Shown here piece after piece: positions 8,255 through 15,698 of a DNA stretch of 20,721 bases. The stretch spans positions 1 to 20,721 of the forward strand of contig JBGSIV010000178.1 in the NCBI GenBank assembly GCA_041742355.1, given 5' to 3'. The translations under genes and the position numbers were made by a program. Below the pieces are notes generated by a model. That model saw only the letters and a program-made list of their open reading frames with translations. It searched no databases and was not told the origin of the DNA. How positions within the stretch are numbered: position 1 is the first letter of the stretch; the number at the start of each line of letters is the position of its first letter. This DNA comes from Candidatus Zixiibacteriota bacterium. GTDB taxonomy: Bacteria > Zixibacteria > MSB-5A5 > GN15 > FEB-12.

Positions 8255-8271
8255 AGCAACGGCTGTGCCGC
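8255..8271 (-). promoter_or_regulatory. sigma54 (RpoN)-type -24/-12 promoter of the RNase H-like gene
   Basis: Minus strand GCGGCACAGCCGTTGCT (GG-N10-GC), 12 nt before the ATG at 8242; 15/17 identical to the motif at 4624-4640. Confidence 0.65.
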
Positions 8272-8363
8272 CATTCGGGTTTGCCCGGATTGCCGGTTAA
8301 GTAAGCTGGCAGCAAAGAGATGTCGGGGGCGCCACGGCGGCCGGGTATGCAGCGGACTGCCCA

Positions 8364-8384
8364 TTGCAGTCGCGGTGACTGCAA
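8364..8384. promoter_or_regulatory. Perfect inverted repeat; candidate activator (enhancer) site or hairpin after the thioesterase gene
   Basis: TTGCAGTC-GCGGT-GACTGCAA with no U-tract, about 95-115 bp upstream of the -24 element. Confidence 0.35.
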
Positions 8385-8388
8385 GCTG

Positions 8389-8820
8389 TCAGTCGGACGG
8401 CTTCATCAACTGGTCGCGGAATTCGTCGCGGGCCTCGATGTACTTCCCGGTGGCCGAGGCGAGCGCTTGGCCCTCGCCGTTGACCGCGCTGGCTTCGGTG
8501 AAGTAAGCGCGGCCCTTGTGCTGCGTGATTCGGCCGCGGCAGATGACCCGTTCGCCGACGCGGACCGGGCGGTGGTAGCGGACGGTCATTTCCGCGGTTG
8601 TGGAGAAAATCCCGGTTGCGAGCACCGCTTTGACCATGACTTCGTCGAGGAGCGCGGCGGTGATGCCGCCGTGGCAGATGCCGCTGTAGCCCTCGAAGCG
8701 TTTGTCGGCGACAATTTCCGTCGTCACTTCGGTTCCATCGAAGAAAAACCGTGCGTTCAGGCCGTTCGGGTTGCAGTCGCCGCACACGAAACAGCCGGCG
8801 TACTTGATGACTTCTTCCAT
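8389..8820 (-). CDS. PaaI-family (hotdog-fold) thioesterase
   Basis: CFVCGDCNPNGL, GICHGGITAALLDEVM and TAEMTVRYHRPV motifs. Confidence 0.9.
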   Translation of the reverse strand: MEEVIKYAGCFVCGDCNPNGLNARFFFDGTEVTTEIVADKRFEGYSGICHGGITAALLDEVMVKAVLATGIFSTTAEMTVRYHRPVRVGERVICRGRITQHKGRAYFTEASAVNGEGQALASATGKYIEARDEFRDQLMKPSD

Positions 8821-8826
8821 GGCGGT

Positions 8827-8855
8827 TATTTACTCACGCGGGTGGAGAATGTCAA
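8827..8855 (-). promoter_or_regulatory. Candidate sigma70 promoter, leaderless, for the thioesterase
   Basis: TTGACA (8855-8850), 17 nt, TAAATA (imperfect -10), 6 nt, ATG; no SD. Confidence 0.45.
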
Positions 8856-8937
8856 CGGGAGGATACTGTCGCGGCCAAAGAAAACCCGGCGGTGGTGGCC
8901 GCCGGGTTGAAAGCTGGCGCCGGAACGGGCAGAGCAA

Positions 8938-9777
8938 CTACAGCGAGCAAGCTTCGCGGGTATAGGTCCAGCGGTAATCGTTGCAGAAGACGATCACGCG
9001 GATCTCGCCGTTCTCGAGTGTCGCCTGGCAGTTCCAAGTTTGTTCGACTGACGGGTTGTCGTCCTTCCGGTAGGTCGAGGTGATCGTCGCATGCCACTGT
9101 CCTTCACTGGGGCAGCTCTGCGCCCAGCCGACAGGGGTCTTTGACACGGTGAAGTTTGAGAGGCTGCTTTCGACCGTGAAGTGCCAATCGACGGTTGAGT
9201 CGGCGAAGACGGCTTTCACCCGGGCGGCGAAGTCGTGGGTGCCATCGATCGTGGCCTCATCGGTGTCGAGGCCGGTGATATCGAACCCGCTGTTGCCGTT
9301 GAGGTCGATATGGGAGACGGTTGTGTCCGGCGCGGCCCATGACCAGTGGTGGCGGTAGGTGAGGCGGTCTATGTCGCCGCCCTGCATCTGCGGCTCGCCA
9401 AGTTTCGCGAACTGGACCGAGTCATTGACGATGGCCAGGTAGCCGAATTCGTTGTGCCAGGCGAGGTGGAGGATGTGCCAACCGCCGGTGTAAGTTAGGG
9501 TCAGGGAGTCGGTGGTTGCATTAGGGTCACCGGGGCCGTAGAGGACCGGGTCGACGTTGTCGTCGCCCTGGAGGGTTGACATGGAGGTGAAACTTTCACC
9601 GATCCCGGCGAAGGTGGAGTCGATCACCTGGTTGAACTGGGCGCTGACGGCCTGGAACAGCGGATCGTCGTCACTCCCCCACTTGACCGGGTTGTCGTCG
9701 TCGCCGCAACCCCAGATGAGGCCGAGGGCGACGATGAGGATCGCACCCGGAAGGAACATGGCTTTGCAGAAACGCAT
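8938..9777 (-). CDS. Hypothetical lipoprotein (beta-rich)
   Basis: Basic N-terminus, hydrophobic stretch and lipobox IWGC followed by GDDDNP. SD AAGGAG. No recognisable family. Confidence 0.8.
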   Translation of the reverse strand: MRFCKAMFLPGAILIVALGLIWGCGDDDNPVKWGSDDDPLFQAVSAQFNQVIDSTFAGIGESFTSMSTLQGDDNVDPVLYGPGDPNATTDSLTLTYTGGWHILHLAWHNEFGYLAIVNDSVQFAKLGEPQMQGGDIDRLTYRHHWSWAAPDTTVSHIDLNGNSGFDITGLDTDEATIDGTHDFAARVKAVFADSTVDWHFTVESSLSNFTVSKTPVGWAQSCPSEGQWHATITSTYRKDDNPSVEQTWNCQATLENGEIRVIVFCNDYRWTYTREACSL

Positions 9778-9831
9778 GGCGTCTCCTTTTCGACTTACGC
9801 TCCTTCCGGGTGGACCAATCCGGCAATCGCG

Positions 9832-10737
9832 TCAGCAGTTCAGCAGGAAGGCCATGATGGCCTTCTGGATGTGCAGCCGGTTTTCAGCTTCGTCGAATAC
9901 ACGCGACTGCGGGCCATCCAGGACCTCGTCGGTGATTTCCCGTCCCCGTTCCGCCGGCAGGCAGTGCAGCACGATGGCTTTCGGGTCGGCCAGAGCCAGC
10001 AGGGAGCTGTTTAGTTGGTATCTTTTGAGCTTCTCTGCCTTCGCTTCAGCCAGATGTTTCTGGCCCATGGAGGCCCAGACATCCGTATAGACTACATCGG
10101 CCCCCGCCACTGCTTCTTTAGGATCCTCGGTAAGGAGGATCCGGCTGTCCGGGTTGCGCTTGGCGCGCGCGAGGATAGCTGGATCGGGCTGGGTGTCGGC
10201 GGCGGTGCCGATACGGAAATCCATCGGGATCAGGGAGGCGAGGTTCAGCCAGCTGTTGGTGATATTGTTGCCGTCGCCGACATAGGCGATTTTGTAGCGG
10301 TCCTTTTTCGGCAGGTGCTCGAGCACGGTGAAGTAGTCGCCGAGGATCTGGCACGGGTGGACGAGGTCGGTGAGGCCGTTGACGACGGGGACGGTGGCGT
10401 ATTTGGCGAGGCCGTCGACGTCGGACTGTTTGAAGGTGCGGATCATGATCATGCCGACATAGCGGGAGAGGACGCGCGCGGCGTCTTCGATCGTTTCGCG
10501 TTCGCCAAGTTTGATTTCGTTGTCGGTGACGTACAGGGCGTTGCCGCCGAGTTCGTTGATGCCGACCTCGAACGAGATGCGGGTGCGCAGTGAGGGTTTG
10601 GTGAAGATGCAGGCGACCGATTTGCCGGCGAGCGGTTTCGGTGCGATCTGCTTGTTCTTCATCCTGGCGCAGAGATCGAAAATCTCGTGGACCTCCGACG
10701 CGGTGAAATCGGTGATCTGGGTCAGGGAGCGGGGCAT
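9832..10737 (-). CDS. argF: Ornithine carbamoyltransferase
   Basis: SLRTRISFE (carbamoyl-phosphate binding), HPCQ, GDGNN, DVWASMG (ornithine-binding SMG loop), HCLP and AENRLH. SD AGGAGG. Confidence 0.95.
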   Translation of the reverse strand: MPRSLTQITDFTASEVHEIFDLCARMKNKQIAPKPLAGKSVACIFTKPSLRTRISFEVGINELGGNALYVTDNEIKLGERETIEDAARVLSRYVGMIMIRTFKQSDVDGLAKYATVPVVNGLTDLVHPCQILGDYFTVLEHLPKKDRYKIAYVGDGNNITNSWLNLASLIPMDFRIGTAADTQPDPAILARAKRNPDSRILLTEDPKEAVAGADVVYTDVWASMGQKHLAEAKAEKLKRYQLNSSLLALADPKAIVLHCLPAERGREITDEVLDGPQSRVFDEAENRLHIQKAIMAFLLNC

Positions 10738-10900
10738 ATGTCCTCCTGTCAGATATTAACCAAAGCGTTTCTCAAATCTCGTGGAATAAAGAGGACCGGC
10801 GGGGCAAAGTCAAGGGGAGGAACGGGGCCAGGTACGGAGGTAGGGGCCGTGGCCGAGGCGCGGCCGCCGGGACGGGGACATCCGCTATTCCCTTGCGAAC

Positions 10901-10926
10901 TGGAACAGTACGGCCCATATTACGTA
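10901..10926 (+). promoter_or_regulatory. ECF (sigmaW-like) promoter upstream of the LiaF-like gene
   Basis: TGGAAC, 16 nt, CGTA; one mismatch from the B. subtilis sigmaW consensus TGAAAC-N16-CGTA, 31 nt upstream of the ATG. Confidence 0.5.
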
Positions 10927-10957
10927 GTCTTAAGTAAAGGAGAGGCGAGTAGTAGAT

Positions 10958-11740
10958 ATGACCGGCCAACGCGCATTTTTCGGCATGGTCCTGATTCTCC
11001 TCGGATTGGTGTTTCTGCTCAATTCGCTGGATATCATGGACGTAGGTGACCTCTTCGGGTACCTGATTCCTCTTGGATTCATTGCCCTGGGGGTGTGGCT
11101 GATCATTCGGCGGAGGCAGCGCGACGAGGCGGCGTTCAGCGCGAGTGCTGCCGAAGCGCAGGCGCCGTTCGGGCAGCCGCCCTACCAAGCCCCCCCCTCT
11201 CCCCCGCCTGCCGGCAGCCCAACTACGCCACCCGAGAGGACTTCAGAGCAACCGTCGGCCAGTGCAGAACCGGGTTCTGCCGGGCCGTCGATGAAGTCCG
11301 CGTCGTTTTCCACCAGTTCATCCGGCGGGTCTGAACCACCGATGGCGATAATCGCGAACTATGAGGACGGCAAGGTCAAATTCAGCAAGCTCTTTGGAGA
11401 TATGCTGATTGACCTGCGCGATCAGGCGGTGCAGAATGTGGAGGTCTCGATGGGTGCGGGGGATCTGGAGATCCGGTTGCACGGGGCGAAGTTGCAGGGT
11501 GGGTTGAGTCGGATGATCGTGTCGAATTTTCTTGGGGATATACGGATTCTCGTGCCGGTGGGGATGGCGGTGTTTGCACACTGCTCGAATTTCATCGGTG
11601 ATATCGAGGTGCTGGGACGGCGGTCATCGGGGTTCGGGAATAATCTCGATGCGCAGTCGGCGGATTACGGGACCGCCGAGAAGCGGTTGTATATTGCGGC
11701 GAACAGTTTTATTGGGGATATAAAGATTCATTACGTGTAG
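10958..11740 (+). CDS. LiaF-like cell-envelope stress membrane protein (N-terminal 2-TM LiaI/LiaF-like domain, Pro/Ser linker, C-terminal DUF2154-like domain)
   Basis: FFGMVLILLGLVFLL...FIALGVWLI, a low-complexity linker, and repeated FGD/GDL/LGDI/IGDI motifs typical of the LiaF C-terminal domain. SD AAAGGAG. Confidence 0.8.
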   Translation: MTGQRAFFGMVLILLGLVFLLNSLDIMDVGDLFGYLIPLGFIALGVWLIIRRRQRDEAAFSASAAEAQAPFGQPPYQAPPSPPPAGSPTTPPERTSEQPSASAEPGSAGPSMKSASFSTSSSGGSEPPMAIIANYEDGKVKFSKLFGDMLIDLRDQAVQNVEVSMGAGDLEIRLHGAKLQGGLSRMIVSNFLGDIRILVPVGMAVFAHCSNFIGDIEVLGRRSSGFGNNLDAQSADYGTAEKRLYIAANSFIGDIKIHYV

Positions 11741-11770
11741 GGGGGAGCTGCAAGACCAATCCCTATACGT
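11733..11770. repeat. Palindrome 1 (degenerate REP-like), overlapping the stop codon of the LiaF-like gene
   Basis: ACGTGTAGGG (11733-11742) pairs with CCCTATACGT (11761-11770), with one G-T wobble. Confidence 0.45.
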
Positions 11771-11775
11771 CTCCA

Positions 11776-11818
11776 GTCGGGTTTCTCGGGAGCTTCGCTC
11801 CCTCCGAACCCGACCTAC
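11776..11818 (-). repeat. GTAG-tagged REP-like palindrome 2
   Basis: Minus strand GTAG-GTCGGGTT...GGGAGC-GAA-GCTCCC...AACCCGAC. Confidence 0.75.
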
Positions 11819-11849
11819 TCCTCCCACTGCGAATCATATTCAACCAAGA

Positions 11850-11878
11850 GAGATTGCTTCGCTGCGCTCGCAATGACA
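11850..11878 (-). repeat. TGTC/CGTC-type palindromic repeat 3
   Basis: Minus strand TGTCATTGCGAGCGCAGCGAAGCAATCTC, the widespread GTCATTGCGAG...GCAATCT element type. Confidence 0.7.
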
Positions 11879-11905
11879 GTCACCAGGCGTTGGCGTTGAG
11901 TCAAT

Positions 11906-11932
11906 GTCAGGACCGCAAGGGTCCTGACCTAC
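11906..11932 (-). repeat. GTAG-tagged REP-like palindrome 4
   Basis: Minus strand GTAG-GTCAGGACC-CTTGC-GGTCCTGAC; also bracketed by TGAGTC (11897-11902) / GACTCA (11937-11942). Confidence 0.78.
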
Positions 11933-11941
11933 AGAAGACTC

Positions 11942-11983
11942 ATTGATGTGATGTCAGGTGAGGACACCTTACATCACATCAAT
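11942..11983. repeat. Long palindrome 5 (19-bp stem, 1 mismatch, 4-nt loop)
   Basis: ATTGATGTGATGTCAGGTG-AGGA-CACCTTACATCACATCAAT. Confidence 0.8.
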
Positions 11984-11984
11984 A

Positions 11985-12013
11985 GGCACGACCGCTGAAG
12001 GGTCGTGCCCTAC
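11985..12013 (-). repeat. GTAG-tagged REP-like palindrome 6
   Basis: Minus strand GTAG-GGCACGACC-CTTCAGC-GGTCGTGCC, beginning 5 nt after the stop codon of the nuclease-like gene. Confidence 0.78.
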
Positions 12014-12018
12014 GAAGC

Positions 12019-12789
12019 TTATTGCGGCAAGTTGACACGCAGGGATCGAATCAAAGGAATTAGCTGCACATCACCGATCTTGATCGGTGTTTCCCATACA
12101 TCCACCGGTACGATGTCCCTTGAGTATTCTAGCACCGCATCTTTCCAGTGTTCATGGTCGCGGAGGGGTACATAGGGCGCGGCCATGTCGTCAGCGCCGA
12201 GGAATCCGAGGTAGACCAGCACGACCGGAACACCCATCGAGGCGAGCTTCCATCCCCAGGCGAAGCGGTTGGCGAGTTGGTAGTGGGAGTCGCGGGAGAG
12301 GTTCCAGCCGACTTTCAATTGATTCAGGCATCCGTTGGCCTGTTCAATTGCACGCCCTATCTTCTCATGGTTTTTGAGGCCGCTTTGCGATGTCTTCTCG
12401 CTGGTGACTTTGCCCGATCTTGAAAGCTCTGCCTCATGGGCTTTGGCTTCTACCAACACTAGCCCGGCCCGGCCGATGACAAGAGCTGTACTAGCGATAT
12501 CCCAATTCGGCGTATTGGCCCGCTCGCGCACCTCAAGCCACCAAGCCAGGAGTTGATCGCGTTGGTCGTCTGAGACCAATTCAGGAGTTTCGCCCAGCCG
12601 AGCTTCCTCGATGCAGTCAAATCCCTTTGGCAACCAGCGGTCTTCAGGGCGGATCTCAGCGTGCGGGGTTACGAGTTCTGTAAGTCTTCTGGAAACAAGA
12701 TCTGCGTCGCCGCAGGTAAGCAGGTGACACCGCGGTTTGCTGCCGCGCTGCTGCTTGTCGTCGAGAAGTGGAAACAGTTTGTTCGACAT
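12019..12789 (-). CDS. Putative PD-(D/E)xK (restriction-endonuclease-like) nuclease, accessory gene
   Basis: TPNWDIAS...LVLVEAKAH gives a D...ExK motif, followed by HYQLANR and VVLVYLGF. SD AGGGGAG. GC looks lower than its neighbours (two 60-nt lines counted at 52%, versus 60% for one hslU line). Confidence 0.6.
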   Translation of the reverse strand: MSNKLFPLLDDKQQRGSKPRCHLLTCGDADLVSRRLTELVTPHAEIRPEDRWLPKGFDCIEEARLGETPELVSDDQRDQLLAWWLEVRERANTPNWDIASTALVIGRAGLVLVEAKAHEAELSRSGKVTSEKTSQSGLKNHEKIGRAIEQANGCLNQLKVGWNLSRDSHYQLANRFAWGWKLASMGVPVVLVYLGFLGADDMAAPYVPLRDHEHWKDAVLEYSRDIVPVDVWETPIKIGDVQLIPLIRSLRVNLPQ

Positions 12790-12825
12790 GATCTCCCCTG
12801 TTGAATCGAACGGTGTATAGACAAG

Positions 12826-14175
12826 CTATAGTATATACCGGCTCAGGTCTTCGTCGGCGATGATCGACGCGAGCGTCTTCTCCACCATCTTGGCGGTAAT
12901 CGTGATCTTCTTCTTTGCGGGCGGCTCGAAGAGGATGTCCTCCAGCAGCGTTGTCAGCACCGTGTGCAGGCGGCGCGCGCCGATATTCTCGGTCTCGGTA
13001 TTCACCTGCTCAGCGAACTCGGCGATTCGCCGCACGGCTTCTTTCTGGAATTCGAGCTGCACGCCCTCGGTTTTCAGGAGCGCCTGGTACTGCAACACCA
13101 ACGCGGACTTCGGTTCGGTCAGGATGCGCTCGAAGTCATCGGCGGTGAGGGAATCGAGTTCGACCCGGATCGGGAATCGACCCTGCAGTTCCGGGATCAG
13201 GTCGGCCGGTTTGCTTGAATGGAACGCGCCGGCGGCGATGAAGAGGATATGGTCGGTGCGAACCATGCCGTACTTGGTCATGACCGCGCTTCCCTCGACA
13301 ATGGGGAGGATGTCGCGCTGGACTCCCTCGCGGGAGACATCCGGGCCGGTGCGCTGGTTGTCGCCGACGATCTTGTCGATTTCGTCGATGAAGATGATGC
13401 CGGACTCCTGCACGCGGTCGAGGGCCTCGGCGATGACGTCGTCCATGTCGACGAGCTTGTCGAGTTCCTGGTTGGCGAGGAACTTCAGGGCGTCTTTCAC
13501 AGGCATTTTGCGGCGACGGGTCTTTTTAGGCATGAGGCCGGAGAACATCTCCTGAAAATTGAGCCCGAGTTCCTCCATGCCCATGGGCGAGAAAACCTCG
13601 ACGACGGGGAACTGGTTCTGCGGCGCCTGGACCTCGACCTCGCGGTCGTCGAGGTCGCCGGCAAGGAGTTTGGTGCGAAGCTTGGCGCGGGTGCGGGTGA
13701 TGGTTTCGGGCTGGGGTAGTTCGGGCGAAGGCTGGCCGGGGACGGGCTGGGAGGCCGGCATGAGCAGCAGGTCGAGCACGCGTTCGATCGCGTTCTCCTC
13801 GGCCCTGCCGCGGAGCCCCTCGAACTGCTCGGATTTGACCATGTTGACGCTGATGTCGACGAGGTCGCGGGCCATCGACTCGACATCGCGGCCGACATAG
13901 CCGACCTCGGTGAATTTGGAAGCCTCGACCTTGATGAACGGGGCGCCGGCGAGGTCGGCGAGGCGGCGGGCGATCTCAGTCTTCCCCACGCCGGTCGGGC
14001 CGATCATGATGATGTTGTTGGGCATGATTTCGCCGCGCAGGTCGCCCTCGACATTCTGCCGCCGCCAGCGGTTGCGCAGGGCTATGGCGACGGATTTCTT
14101 CGCACGGTCCTGGCCGATAATGTACTTGTCGAGATGGGTGACGATTTCCCGGGGGGTGGGATAGGAGTTGTTCAT
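12826..14175 (-). CDS. hslU: ATP-dependent protease ATPase subunit HslU (ClpY)
   Basis: [13 protein letters not shown]alker [12 protein letters not shown] pore loop, IIFIDEIDK Walker B and C-terminal DLSRYIL. Confidence 0.98.
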   Translation of the reverse strand: MNNSYPTPREIVTHLDKYIIGQDRAKKSVAIALRNRWRRQNVEGDLRGEIMPNNIIMIGPTGVGKTEIARRLADLAGAPFIKVEASKFTEVGYVGRDVESMARDLVDISVNMVKSEQFEGLRGRAEENAIERVLDLLLMPASQPVPGQPSPELPQPETITRTRAKLRTKLLAGDLDDREVEVQAPQNQFPVVEVFSPMGMEELGLNFQEMFSGLMPKKTRRRKMPVKDALKFLANQELDKLVDMDDVIAEALDRVQESGIIFIDEIDKIVGDNQRTGPDVSREGVQRDILPIVEGSAVMTKYGMVRTDHILFIAAGAFHSSKPADLIPELQGRFPIRVELDSLTADDFERILTEPKSALVLQYQALLKTEGVQLEFQKEAVRRIAEFAEQVNTETENIGARRLHTVLTTLLEDILFEPPAKKKITITAKMVEKTLASIIADEDLSRYIL

Positions 14176-14708
14176 TCGATCGTTTCCACCGTTATCTGGT
14201 CGTTGGTAAAGATGCAGATCTCGGAAGCAATCTGGAGCGCCTTGACGGCGACTTTTTCGGCGGTCAGTTTCGGGTTGGCGTGGATGAGCGCGCGGGCGGC
14301 GGCGAGGGCGAACGAGCCGCCGGATCCGATAGCGACGATCTTGTCGTCGGGCTCGATGACGTCGCCGTTGCCGCTGATGAGGAATATGTGTTTGCCGTCG
14401 GTAACGGCGATGAGGGCCTCGAGTTTCTGCAGCATTTTATCGGTGCGCCACTCTTTGGCGAGTTCGACGGCGGCGCGGGGCAGGTTGCCGGAGTACTCGT
14501 CGACTTTCTTCTCGAGCAATTCGTACAGCGACAGGGCGTCGGCGGCCGCTCCCGCGAAGCCGCAGAGGATCTTGCCGTCGCGCATGGTGCGGACTTTCGT
14601 CGATTTCGACTTGATGATCGTGTCCTCGATGGTCACCTGGCCATCGCCGGCGATCGCCGCTTTGCCGTTGTGGATGATGCCGAGAATCGTTGTGGAGCGG
14701 GTTCGCAT
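14172..14708 (-). CDS. hslV: ATP-dependent protease peptidase subunit HslV (ClpQ)
   Basis: Short propeptide then TTILG (catalytic Thr), [15 protein letters not shown] and AIGSGG; ATGA overlap with hslU. Confidence 0.98.
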   Translation of the reverse strand: MRTRSTTILGIIHNGKAAIAGDGQVTIEDTIIKSKSTKVRTMRDGKILCGFAGAAADALSLYELLEKKVDEYSGNLPRAAVELAKEWRTDKMLQKLEALIAVTDGKHIFLISGNGDVIEPDDKIVAIGSGGSFALAAARALIHANPKLTAEKVAVKALQIASEICIFTNDQITVETIE

Positions 14709-14719
14709 CCTAGCCTCTT

Positions 14720-15631
14720 TCAGTCTTTGGTTCCCGAGCGCGGGTGCGCTTTGCGGTAGACTTTCTTCATCGCTTCCGCGGTTACGTGGGTGTACTTCTG
14801 GGTGGTCGACAGGGAGGCGTGGCCCAGAATTTCTTTTATCACCATCAGGTCGGCGCCGTTTTCCAGCAGGTGGGTCGCGAACGAGTGCCGCAGTGCGTGG
14901 GGCGTGAAGTCGAGTCCGCGGCGGCGGCCGAACGAGCTGACGAGTCGGTCTATCGAGCGCACCGACAGCGGTTTACCATATCGGTTCAACAGCAGGTTGT
15001 CGGAGCTTGTGCCCTGCGCGGCCAGGAATTGCGTGCGGTCGGTCAGGTAGGCATCGAGATCCTTGCGGGCTTCGTCGCCCAGGGGAACGACGCGGACCTT
15101 ATTCCCCTTGCCCGTGACCGTGATGAGCCCCTGCCGTAAATCAATATCTCCCAGGCGAATACCGGCGAGTTCCTCGCGCCGGATACCGGTCGCATACAGG
15201 AGCACGATCATTACGAAGTCGCGCCGGAAGAAGTAGGTTCCGGTGGTCTCCTGCGGGCAGGGATCCGTGAAGAGGCGGCCCGCCTCTTTCTGCGGGATGA
15301 AGTTCGGGATAGTGGCGCTGTATTTCATTTTCGGGAGCTTGAAGACGAGATCCTTCTGACCCTTCGCGGCGAGGAATTTCTGGAATCCGGAGAGGGCCGA
15401 GAGGAATCGGGCCAGCGAGCGGTTGGAAACGCCGGCTTCGGATCGTTGTCGGAGATAGACGCGCAGGAGGAGCGGGTCGTTCCTGCGGTTGCCGGGCATG
15501 GCGGCATGCTGCTGCTCAAGGAAAGCGACCCATGGCTCCAGGTCGCGGCGATAGGCGTCGATCGTGCGCGGCGCACTCTTGCGCTCAAGGGCGAGCGACT
15601 CGAGGTAGGCAGACAGGGTCTGGCTCAACAT
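14720..15631 (-). CDS. xerC: Tyrosine recombinase XerC-like (CodV position)
   Basis: TGIRREEL, GKGNK, HALRHSFATHLL, LGH and TQKYTH supply the full R-K-H-R-H-Y catalytic set, ending in HPR. Located in a topA-xer-hslVU cluster. Confidence 0.9.
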   Translation of the reverse strand: MLSQTLSAYLESLALERKSAPRTIDAYRRDLEPWVAFLEQQHAAMPGNRRNDPLLLRVYLRQRSEAGVSNRSLARFLSALSGFQKFLAAKGQKDLVFKLPKMKYSATIPNFIPQKEAGRLFTDPCPQETTGTYFFRRDFVMIVLLYATGIRREELAGIRLGDIDLRQGLITVTGKGNKVRVVPLGDEARKDLDAYLTDRTQFLAAQGTSSDNLLLNRYGKPLSVRSIDRLVSSFGRRRGLDFTPHALRHSFATHLLENGADLMVIKEILGHASLSTTQKYTHVTAEAMKKVYRKAHPRSGTKD

Positions 15632-15639
15632 GGTATGCC

Positions 15640-15668
15640 ATGATAGACCACGGGGTCGGACGGGTCAA
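15640..15668 (-). promoter_or_regulatory. sigma70-type promoter giving a near-leaderless xerC transcript
   Basis: TTGACC (15668-15663), 17 nt, TATCAT (15645-15640), 8 nt, ATG; no SD. Confidence 0.6.
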
Positions 15669-15698
15669 CTACAATAGAATCGGGGGAACCCCGGCGGA

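Noticed and set aside
8250..8290. c-di-GMP-I riboswitch-like words (GGGCAAACC ... CAGCCGTTGC) on the minus strand
   Set aside because: Too short, with no GNRA tetraloop/receptor stems. The same bases are better explained by the sigma54 motif duplicated at 4624-4640.
9832..10737. N-acetylornithine or succinylornithine transcarbamylase, because of the SLRT motif
   Set aside because: The DVWASMG loop, GDGNN and ~300-aa length fit a standard OTCase.
11733..12013. CRISPR array or attC array
   Set aside because: No identical direct repeats with regular spacers and no cas genes. The hairpins lack paired RYYYAAC/GTTRRRY ends.
12811..12840. Imperfect inverted repeat CGGTGTATA...TATATACCG across the hslU stop as a dif site or terminator
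   Set aside because: No match to the XerD arm TTATGTTAAAT, no U-tract and a weak stem. It could be an insertion scar, but this is unsupported.
14720..15631. Tyrosine recombinase as a phage or integron integrase marking a mobile element
   Set aside because: XerC-like length and C-terminus, no visible IntI-specific insertion, and a conserved housekeeping context (topA-xer-hslVU). No att sites or phage genes.
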